A stretch of 27,251 nt of DNA from Octopus sinensis (Eukaryota), in contig NW_021834068.1 of the NCBI RefSeq assembly GCF_006345805.1, forward strand, positions 1 through 27,251, read 5' to 3'. Of this stretch, positions 11,236 through 21,368 are shown in pieces. A program made the position numbers and the translations under genes. The notes beneath the pieces were generated by a model. That model worked only from the letters and a program-made list of their open reading frames with translations, ran no database searches and had not been told where the DNA came from. The first letter of the stretch is position 1, and every line of letters begins with the position of its first letter.

Positions 11236-11583
11236 TCATTATTAATGATCGTGTCAGGTTTGTCTGTTTTATTAGGATATTGAAGAGGAAATTATATTTG
11301 TAGATAGAGACGAAGAAATGATATGATGTGAGCGAGATAATGAAGAAATTAAGACGAGGGAACATACAAACCTAGGAACATAAAAGGACTACAGTTAATT
11401 AAGGCGAAGGAAAGAGACAGAGGAATTTCACAAAAATCTGATTAACTCTTAATGACAGAAAGAGGTAGAAGGATTACAGAGAAAGTACACACACACATAC
11501 ACACACACACACACATGCAGGCATCTATACATACATATGGATTTACACAATTACTCATTCTTACACACACACATAGACGTATA

Positions 11584-11994
11584 TACTCTTTACTCTTTTA
11601 CTTGTTTTAGTTATTTGACTGCGGCCATGCTGGAGCACCGCTTTTAGTCGAGCAAATCGACCCCGGGACTTATTCTTTGTAAGCCCAGTACTTATTCTAT
11701 CGGTCTCTTTTGCCGAACCGCTAAGTTACGGGGACGTAAACACACCAGCATCGGTTGTCAAACAATGCAAGGACACAAACACAGACACACAAACACATAC
11801 ACACACACTTACATATATATATACATATATACGACAGGCTTCTTTCAGTTTCCGTCTACCAAATCCACTCACAAGGCATTGGTCGGCCCGGGGCTATAGC
11901 AGAAGACACTTGCCCAAGGTGCCACGCAGTGGGACTGAACCCGGAGCTATGTGGTTGGTTAGCAAGCTACTTACCACACAGCCACTCCTGCGCC
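11584..11994 (-). mobile_element. Family A SINE, full length
   Basis: Reverse complement of the family A consensus from GGCGCAGGAGTGG to the AAAAGAGTAAAGAGTA tail; TA flanks. Confidence 0.93.
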
Positions 11995-12027
11995 TATATG
12001 TATGTATATATATTTGAAAAAATAACT

Positions 12028-12415
12028 CTGTAGTAAGAAGCATGCCTCCCAACCACATGGTTCCGGGTTCAGTCCCACTACGTGGCACTATGGGAAAGTG
12101 TCTTCTACTATAGCCTCGGGCCAACCAAAGCCTTGTGAGTGGATTTGGTAGACAGAATCTGAAATAAATCCGTCGTACATGTATATATATGTATATATTT
12201 GTGTGTGTGTGTCTGCGTTTGTACCTCACTCCATCGCTTGAAAACCGATGTTGCTGTGAATACGCCCCCGTAATATAACGGTTCGGCAAAGCAACCGACA
12301 GAATAAATACTAGGCTTACAATGAATATGTCCTTGGGTCGAATTGTTCGACTACAGGCGGTGTTCAAGCATGGCTGCAGTCAAATGACTGAAACAAGTAA
12401 AGGAGCAAAAGACTA
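12028..12415 (+). mobile_element. Family A SINE, diverged, head-to-head with the 11584 copy
   Basis: CTGTAGTAAGAAGC...GGTTCAGTCCC...GACTGAAACAAGTAAAGGAGCAAAAGACTA. Confidence 0.88.
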
Positions 12416-12679
12416 AATAGTTTTTCTGATAATTTTACCACTTTAATAATTAAACAACTAATTATTAAAGTGGGAAAATTATCAGAAAAACCATTTCAAT
12501 TCATTTTTTTTTTTCAAATATATAATACTGTACCAAGGAGTGCTTCTTACTTATTCTATTTTACACACACAGAGGTACCGGTTATATTTAAAAGAAGGGA
12601 AATGTACAGATGTGTTTTTAAAAAAATTCTTGTCATGTTACCCAAAAACGATTTCGTCGTATTCCATCTTATATTTATT

Positions 12680-13420
12680 TCTTACTTGTTTCTGTCATTG
12701 CACCACAACCATGCTGGAGCACCGCTTTGAAAGTTTTAGTCGAGTAGGACGCCAGTGCTTATTTATCAAGCCCGGTGCTTAGTCTATGGGGTCTTTTGCA
12801 GAACCGTTTAATTTATAGCGATTGTTAAGTGATGCGAGGTAGATTTTTAAACACCCATAAAAGACATGCAAACTCACCCATATCTATCTATCTATCTATC
12901 TATCTATATGTCTGTCTGTCTGTCTATGTTTCAATCTATCTATTTCTTTCTCCCTCTCTCTCGATATATATGTGTGTATGTGTGAGTGTGTACGTGTGTG
13001 TGTGTGTGTACATGTGTGAAGCTTAGTGGTTAAGGTGGTGATTCTGGTTTCGATTTCTGGAGTGGGCAGTGCGTCGTGTTTTCGAGCTAATCTCTTCATT
13101 TCACGCTACGCAAGTGCACTCAACCGTCAAAATGAGTAACCCCGCGATGGAGTGGCACCCTTCTGTGAGGCAGAAAACATACATCTCAGTATCCGCAAAA
13201 ACGGGCTTATAAGCCCAAGGCTCGGGACAGAATTCGACCCGTTTTGATACATACATAGCAATGGATTTCCCTATAGTTTCTGTCTACCAAATTCACTAAC
13301 AAGGTATTGATAAACTTAGGGCTATCGTAGAAGATACTTCCACAATATGCCGTACAGTCGGTCTCAACTCAAAATTATATGGTTGCAGTGCATGCTTCCT
13401 AACTTTCCAGTCATGCATGC
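12680..13420 (-). mobile_element. Old family A-like SINE split by microsatellite expansion and a nested SINE (3' half 12680-12835, 5' half ~13255-13420)
   Basis: CCATGCTGGAGCACCGC...TTTTAGTCGA at 12709-12742 and TTTCTGTCTACCAAATTCACT...GGGCTAT..TAGAAGATACTT at 13278-13340, in the same orientation and the expected order. Confidence 0.6.
13015..13230 (+). mobile_element. Degenerate tRNA-derived SINE: family B centre with tail T2
   Basis: CTTAGTGGTTAAGG, GGTTTCGATTTC, ATTTCACG...CACTCAAC..AAAATGAGTAACCCCGCGATGGAGTGGC; tail similar to 24705-24790. Confidence 0.6.
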
Positions 13421-14369
13421 GTATACATAACTACTTCATATCAATAATCATAATCTAAATTCAATTGTTGAATGATATTTAATCTTGTTTATTTCGGAAT
13501 AATGGAGAAAATTTTAAATGTTATAAATTTCCAACTACTACTATATAATAGTAGTAGACGAAAACGAAGACAGGTGATGTACAAAACAAACAGATGTATT
13601 AGTATAACGCTCGGGAATAGAAAAAGTCTCTTCTACAGAAAGGGACACAGTGAAAAAAAAAACAAGGAGAGAAACTATATAATACGTTATTAGGTGGGAC
13701 TTCTCAGAGAAATGTCGAAATATACTTGAGCCAACGTAGATACTACTGTATATCTTATCAATTACAAAGACAGTTAAGTGAAGACAGTGAGACAGATAGA
13801 ATGCTGAATAAATTAATTTGTCTTTCGCGATGTTATCTAATAATTGTGCGTATGTGTTTATGTATGAATGTATGTATATGCCACACACATACATTTATAT
13901 ATTATATACATAAGTACTTATATATATGTTTTTGAATGCTGCCTACATGAGTGTATGTGTGTGTGTGTGTGTGTGTGTGTTAAGAGTAACTTTCAGTAGA
14001 AAGATTACTGGTGACAGAAGCAGTCGGGCGTACAAACAGTGAAATATAAGGTGGAGGTGAGCGAATGATTGCGAGGGTGGGAAGAGAGATGGGAAACATA
14101 ATGATAATGCTTGCTCTAGACAAGATTGTAGATTACCACATGAAGTGAAATTCCTCACAAGGAACAGAAACAGCGGGGAAAGAAAATTCAGGGCTAACTT
14201 GAATTGGAGAGCGGAAGATCTGTTACAAATTGATGCCAAGAAACAGAGGCAAACCACGAAATAAAAGGAATGACAACTGAAAGAAGACAAAAAGGGAATT
14301 CAGAAGAAAATGGAGCAACAGTGGAAGTCGGAATAATCAGAATTGCTGAAAGAAGACAATTATAAGCAC

Positions 14370-15061
14370 TATCATATTCGAGACTTATAACGTTAGCGTA
14401 CGTTTGTATGTCATTGTTCAGTTTATTTCAAGATTTCTTCTCAATGAACAACCAGTTTTTAACCTAGATCCAAGACTCCTTCAGTGGTATTTCAACATCA
14501 ATAACAGGGTATGTTAGTGCACAGCCTTTTCTCACTTTAAAAATAATCTTCTTGCACAGCATTGCACGATAACAACATTGATTAAGCTTCGTGCAATGGC
14601 CATACTCGATAACGAGGGGGCAGCCACCATGTATATGTGCAGATTTGTAATTTTTATGTATGTATTCTCATAAATATAGTTGCATATCTAGAAATGCACA
14701 TATATATTTAAATGATAAACTTGAAAGTTTTACAGATTTTTACAGTTCCAATGATGGACTGGATCTGTAGTCTTCGAATTAGCTTTCTCCTTTCTGGGTT
14801 TGAGAAGACTAATTTCTCAAGATTGGTATTTAGGCAGAGTGTTACATATCTCAGGGTCCCAATAATTACAGGTATACACCTGAACTTGTGATCTGGATAG
14901 AGTAACTGCAGATTTCTCAATAGTTCAGCATACGTGTTCTCTTTTTTACTGACCTTCTGGTGGGCAGCTAATTTCCACAACCGTCTACATTTCTCTTCAC
15001 TATACGAAATCGTTATATCAGATCTGTTGTGCTTACATTTTATTGAGGTCTCCACTGGTAA
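14370..15061 (-). mobile_element. 5'-truncated non-LTR retrotransposon, R4/Dong-like (RLE clade), 3' end and 3' UTR
   Basis: Coding remnant 14708-15061 followed by ~340 bp of putative 3' UTR. The lower boundary is approximate. Confidence 0.7.
14708..15061 (-). pseudogene. C-terminal PD-(D/E)xK restriction-like endonuclease remnant
   Basis: KCKHNRSDI (canonical HNRPDI), VVEISCP in a shifted frame, KKENTYAELLRNLQLLYPD, IPVIIGTL (canonical P.I.GAL), ending TVKICKTFKFII*. Compensating frameshift and deletion in the middle. The N-terminal MNIHTYVHTY part of ORF 14708-15112 is microsatellite. Confidence 0.78.
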
Positions 15062-15062
15062 T

Positions 15063-15150
15063 TTATGTATGTATGTATGTATGTATGTATGTACGTATGT
15101 ATGTATGTTCATTCATTCATTCATACATACATACATACATACATACATAA
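15063..15150. repeat. (TATG)n-(TTCA)n-(TACA)n compound repeat with self-complementary arms
   Basis: Direct reading. Confidence 0.93.
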
Positions 15151-15167
15151 ACACATACAAATATATC

Positions 15168-15600
15168 TTTTTTCTTTTACTGCTTTCAGCCATACGACTG
15201 TAGTCATGGTGGAGCTCCGCCTTAGGAAATTTTTAGTCGAATGAACCGATCCCAGCACTAAATTTTATAAAGCCTGGTACTTATTATATCGGTATTTTTT
15301 GCTGTACCTCTAATTTACGTGAACATAAACACACCAACACGGGTTGAGAGGCGGTGGTGGCGAAGACAAACACAGACACAAAGACACATTCATACATACA
15401 CACACGCGCGCACACACACATATTTATAAACTCATAAATAGTGGGCTTCTTTCAGTTTCCTTCTACCAAATCCACTCTCAATACATTGGCCGGCCCGAGG
15501 CTATAGTAGAAGAGAATTGGAAAAGGTGCGACGCTATAGGACTGATCCAGAACCATGTGGTTGGGAAGCAAATGTCTTATCACACAGCTTCACCTGCACC
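15168..15600 (-). mobile_element. Older family A-related SINE
   Basis: TTTTACTGCTTTCAGCC...CATGGTGGAGCTCCGCC...AAGCCTGGTACTTATT...GGGCTTCTTTCAGTTTCC...AGAACCATGTGGTTGG...CACACAGC. Confidence 0.82.
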
Positions 15601-15626
15601 AGTATATAATTAAATATAATTATATA

Positions 15627-15788
15627 GGCGTAGGAGTGGCTGTGTGGTAAGTAGCTTGCTTACCAACCATATGGTTCCGGGTTCAGTCCCACTGCGTCAC
15701 ACCATGGACAAGTGTCTTTTACTGTAGCCTCGGGCTGACCAAAGCCTTGTGAGTGGATTTGGTAGACGGAGTCTGAAAGAAGCCCGTC

Positions 15789-15857
<69 letters not shown>

Positions 15858-16100
15858 TGTATTATGTATGTGTGTGTATGTATATGTTTGTGTGTGTGTG
15901 TGTGTGTCCCCAACATCGCTTGACAACCGATGCTGGTGTGTTTACGTCCCCGTAACTTAGCGGTTCAGCAAAAGAGACCGATAGAATAAGTACTAGGCTT
16001 ACAAAGAATAAGTCCTGGGGTCGATTTGCTCGACTAAAAAGTGGTGCTCCAGCATGGCCGCAGACAAAATGACTGAAACAAGTAAAAGAGTAAAAGAGTA
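15627..16100 (+). mobile_element. Family A SINE, full length, with expanded internal microsatellite
   Basis: GGCGTAGGAGTGGCTGTGTGG head, internal TA/TATG/TG tract ~15790-15905, tail AGTAAAAGAGTAAAAGAGTA; TATA flanks. Confidence 0.95.
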
Positions 16101-16164
16101 TATACATATGTGTGTGTGCGTGTGTATGTATGTATTATGTATGTATGTGTGTATGTAAATAACT

Positions 16165-16195
16165 AGCTAGGTAGGTAGGTAGGTAGGTAGGTAGG

Positions 16196-16226
<31 letters not shown>

Positions 16227-16227
16227 G

Positions 16228-16284
<57 letters not shown>
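16165..16284. repeat. (TAGG)n(TAGA)n tetranucleotide microsatellite
   Basis: Direct reading. Confidence 0.95.
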
Positions 16285-16288
<4 letters not shown>

Positions 16289-16744
16289 TGTGTGTATGTA
16301 TTATATACACACAGACCAGCTGCACTGTTCCGAATTGTGTATCTATATAACCACACTTGTCTATTCTTTCTCTCTCTCTCACTTTTCCCTTGTTGACATT
16401 AATTATACCTCTAATGTTACGCCTAACCCGTTTCTTATAAATATTTTCTCTCTCACCAGTTTCGCCGTCACAGACAGCCAAAAATGAACACAGAACTTCA
16501 TCAATAAAAACCTGATGATGATATTTTTTTAATATTAGGGCCAATTTATGTAGCTCTGTGTGGCAGGTCTCCTATAATTCCTGTGTCTCCCACTTTTTCT
16601 CACTTAAAGAATTGAAAGAAAATGGTGGAAAAAATATAAAAGGTTTTTATTTCTCTCGTAATTTTTTATCAATATTTATTCTGTCTAAATTGTGGTCCTT
16701 TTTTACCACCCTGATTTCTTTGCTTATATCTACTTTCCCATGAC

Positions 16745-16966
16745 TTACCTACCTATCCACCTAGCTACCAACCTAGCTCCCTTCCTACCTACCTGCCTAC
16801 CCACCCACCTGTCCGCCTGTCTGACTGTCCGTTTAACTATCTGTCTGTCTGTTTGTCCGTCTATTTGTCATGCATACATACATACATATACATACCGATC
16901 TACTCCTCAACAGCTCATTCTCGCTTCTCCCTTATACACACATACATTCATCTCTCTCTCCCACTT

Positions 16967-16999
<33 letters not shown>

Positions 17000-17002
17000 C
17001 TA

Positions 17003-17087
<85 letters not shown>

Positions 17088-17088
17088 A
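16745..17088. repeat. Degenerate (CCTA)/(TCTG)/(TCTA)/(TA)/(TG) compound repeat
   Basis: Direct reading. Confidence 0.88.
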
Positions 17089-17298
17089 TACTTTTATTCT
17101 ATATTTTACTTGTTTAAGCCATTTGACTGCGGCCATGCTGAAACACCGCCTTTAGTCGAGCAAATCAACCCCAGGACTTATTCTTTGTAAGCCTAGTACT
17201 TACTCTATCGGTTTCTTTTGCCGAACAGCTAAGTTACGGGGACGGACCCCCCCCCCGTCGGTTGTCAAGCGACGTTCGTTAGGCAAACAGACACACAA

Positions 17299-17341
<43 letters not shown>

Positions 17342-17937
17342 CCTACATATATAGGCGTAGGAGTGGCTGTGTGGAAAGCAACTTGCTTACGAACCACATG
17401 GTTCTGGGTTCAGTCCCACTGTGTGGCAGCTTGGGCAAGTGTCTTCTACTATAGTATCGGCCGACCAAAGCCTTGTGAGTGGATTTGGTAGACGGAAGCT
17501 AAAAGAAGGCCGTCGTATATATGTATACATATATATGTATGTGCGTGTATATGTTTGTGTATTTGTATTTGCCCCCCCTCCCCCAACGTCGCTTGACAAC
17601 CTATGCTAGTGTGTTTACATCACCGTAACTTAGCGGTTCGGCAAAAGTGACCGATAGAATAAGTACTAGGCATACAAAGAATAATTCCTGGGCTCGATTT
17701 GCTCGACTAAAGACGGTGTTCCAGCATGGCAACACTCACTTGACTGAAACAAGTAAAAGAGTAAAGAGTATATACGACGGGCTTCTTTCAGTTTCTGTCT
17801 ACCAAATCCACTCACAAGGCTTTGGTCGGCCCGAGGCTATAGTGGAAGACACTTGCCCAAGGTGCTACTTAATGGGAATGAACCCAGAACCATGTGGTTG
17901 GTAAGCAAGCCAGTTACCACACAGCCGCTCCTGCGCC
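17089..17937 (-). mobile_element. Family A SINE interrupted by an opposite-strand family A copy (3' half 17089-~17350, 5' half 17771-17937)
   Basis: The two halves rejoin at the internal microsatellite to give a complete element. Confidence 0.92.
17354..17770 (+). mobile_element. Family A SINE, full length, nested inside the 17089 copy
   Basis: TATATA|GGCGTAGGAGTGG ... AAAAGAGTAAAGAGTA|TATAC. Confidence 0.93.
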
Positions 17938-17956
17938 TATAAAGCTACTCTTGCGC

Positions 17957-17957
17957 C

Positions 17958-17990
<33 letters not shown>

Positions 17991-18076
17991 GAGAGAGAGA
18001 GAGAGAAAGATTGAGAGCAATATATGGTATATATATATATATTATATATATATATATATACTATATATATATATAT

Positions 18077-18115
<39 letters not shown>

Positions 18116-18116
18116 G
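17957..18116. repeat. (TA)n/(GA)n microsatellite
   Basis: Direct reading. Confidence 0.93.
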
Positions 18117-18799
18117 CATGACAATATTTCTGGAGATGCAGTAATATTACTAAGGCCATAATTAGAATATTTATAATTACTTTCTGATTGATCGTTATGA
18201 TCAAAAACAATAAAGCTTGGCTACGCAATGTGTAACCATAACAATTGGTAACATATTTTACCAGCCAAGCTATGAAAGCTATGAGAGGTTTAATGCATAA
18301 CTAGGTCATTGGAGCAATATATTAATCCCTAATACTTCTTTTAGTTAATGGCTACGAGCAGGGCGTCTTTTTTTAGGCTTCTAGAAGTTTTACCATTCGC
18401 TTTTAGAAATTCATTATTTCGAAATTTTATTTTGGATTAAAAGGAAATATTTCATCAGCAGTATAAAGAAAGAACAAAAAAAATAGAAGAAAAAAATTAA
18501 CTGCATCATCGGGGTTATACAATTAACAGGTTTTTTTTTCCATTTCTCTTTTAGATTCATATTTGATGTTGTAATCAAGAGTCTCGTAGTTGAAATCAGT
18601 AGTAAAATTAGAAATTCTGCTATGTGTTCTTAATTTTATTGAAGAGTATTACTAACGAAGTGAGAAAATTGAAAAATACAGGTATAGCAGACGTACGAGC
18701 GGGTTTTTAAAACGCTATTCTTGTGGAACGTTTAAATCAAAAGATCCTATAAACGAAAAGGATGACATAGAAAGATGGATATAACCACCAACACACATA

Positions 18800-19253
18800 C
18801 ACACATCTATCTATGTATACATACACACACACAGACACACACACGCACACACTGATATATGTGCAATATACATATATACGTATATACATATATATACAAA
18901 CATGCGTACGTAAATGTATATATATACAGTGAGAAAATTAGATGTGGAAATTGGCACGCACACATGTGTGTATACACAATATATATATACATATATATAT
19001 ATATATACATACATACATATATACATATATATATGTATGTATATATATATACATATATACATATATATGTATATATATACATATATGTGTATGTCTATAT
19101 ATATACATATATACACACACATACAAATATATATATACACATATATTTGTGTGTGTATGTATACATATATATACATATATATATATATAATTTATATATG
19201 TCGATATATATATAATTTATGTATGTCTATATATATATATATATATATATATA
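18800..19253. repeat. Long degenerate (TA)n/(CA)n tract
   Basis: Direct reading; source of six artefactual ORFs. Confidence 0.93.
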
Positions 19254-20367
19254 CGTAGATTGGTGTTGAGAAAGAGAAAGTCAATTAGAGATAATGTGTC
19301 AAAGAGTTAGAATGACGAAAAAGAACAGAGATAACTGGGTAGAAGTAATGGTGTATGATGAAGTTAGTTATAATTGGATGTTTCGTCTCTTTTTACTCTT
19401 ACGTAAAACTAGTGCAGTTGTCTTTGACTCGATATGATCCTTGCCCGCAGGGCTATACTCCGTATCTTAACGAAGTGATATCTTGCTTCATTTATTAGTA
19501 AGTAAAAATAATTCAACAAGGAACAAGGAACTTTCGAGTAAATTAACAAGCTGTATTCTTGCAAATGTACGTCTTAGTTGAAGCTCTTATATGGAAGTGA
19601 ATACAGACACACACATGCATGCACAAAGGAAGGTGCATTGAACATGTACAATATCTGTATAAACACACCCAAGTTCATGTAATGAATGTGTATGCGTACG
19701 TACAACAATGACTCAAAGATGCGTACGTGTTAATACACAGTGAAAGAAACCTTGCATAGACGCATGCGAATAGGAAAGAAATACACAAAGAACTCTACTT
19801 AGATGGATGCAAGTGAAAATAGAAATAATAAAAAAAAATGTCTCCCAAAAAGGAGCGATATAGAAATAAATAAAATGAAAATAAATTAATAACGAAATAA
19901 TAAAAGTAAGCAAACGTTTACAAATATAAGTAAAGTAAGTGTATCTGATAGAAGATTACGGCGACTCGGCTAATTAATATTTCTGTCTATCAGTTTTTGT
20001 TTTATTCTGAGTAGTAACAGCTGAACGTACTAAATTTCATGCGGTTCAAACTTACTGCAAAACAAGACATTAGACTCGTATTACCGTTTTATTAATTCAA
20101 AATGAGTTTTGTAAATTTTCTTTTGTCACCAATACAAGACAACATTGAAACGGTAACAAATGCTTCCTCTTATGAATCATTTACTTTATATAGTGTTTAG
20201 TTTGTGATGTTTTTGTTTTGTTTTTTTTTGCTCTCTTTCGGTACTTTTATTTAATTAAAAAAATTTCAGTTTTAACTTGACTATTTTAGATGTAAACTGA
20301 ACATTTTAAGATATGTAGCATTTCAGATTCCGAAACACTGATAACGAGAGTGAACCATCGTGAACAA

Positions 20368-20368
20368 T

Positions 20369-20427
<59 letters not shown>

Positions 20428-20439
20428 CGTATGTATACG

Positions 20440-20479
<40 letters not shown>

Positions 20480-20501
20480 AATATGTGTGTGTATGAATAC
20501 G

Positions 20502-20550
<49 letters not shown>

Positions 20551-20630
20551 GTATGTATATATATATATGTGTGTATATATATATATATAAATGTATGAAT
20601 ACACACACAAACACACACACACACATACAT
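20368..20630. repeat. (TA)n/(TG)n/(CA)n tract
   Basis: Direct reading. Confidence 0.93.
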
Positions 20631-21202
20631 TATATCCTCTGTTCTATATTCGTTTTTGTTTTTTTTTTGCCCGCCATCATCGATTTATCATTTTTTGTTA
20701 TCCATGGTGCCTTTTATTCATTACTAAAAAGGTCTTTTCATTATTTTTTCATTAATTTTTCCTCTAAAAGTTTATTTTCTCTATTAGCCTTGGGAAAAAA
20801 TAATTAGACAGCAAACTTGCAAGTTTAAGTGTATTGCTTTGATCAGTGGTTTGACCGGACCTTGAAATATGATGTCTATTTGACAACAATTTTCAATTGA
20901 TAGGAAATCTACGTTTTAAGTGGTTCTATTACTATAAAAATGTTGATACATTGCCTGGACGTATATCTAAACGAAACAATGTTAGTTTTCCCGCTATTGT
21001 TTCTTTCATGGTTATTGGAAATATAGTTAATTGAAGCAAATTAATAGAACCAAATAATTATCCAGCATTAACGTCACTTCCTGCTTTGTTAGAATAAAAG
21101 AATATGTAGCTATTATTCTTAAGATGGACATCTAGATTTATAGCTGAATAGACAGAGAAGCAGAAACGAAACTCACAAAGACAATCAAATATACGCACAC
21201 GT

Positions 21203-21306
21203 ACGTATATAATTATCTATGTATGCGTGTGTGTATGTATGTATGTATATATGTATGTATGTACACACACATAAATACATATGTACGTATATGTTTGTAT
21301 GCTTTT

Positions 21307-21360
<54 letters not shown>

Positions 21361-21368
21361 CATACATA
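21203..21368. repeat. (TATG)/(TA)n tract
   Basis: Direct reading. Confidence 0.92.

Noticed and set aside
13535-13557. Perfect 10-bp hairpin CTACTACTAT-ATA-ATAGTAGTAG
   Set aside because: Made of short (CTA)/(TAG) repeats in AT-rich DNA, with no associated element ends.
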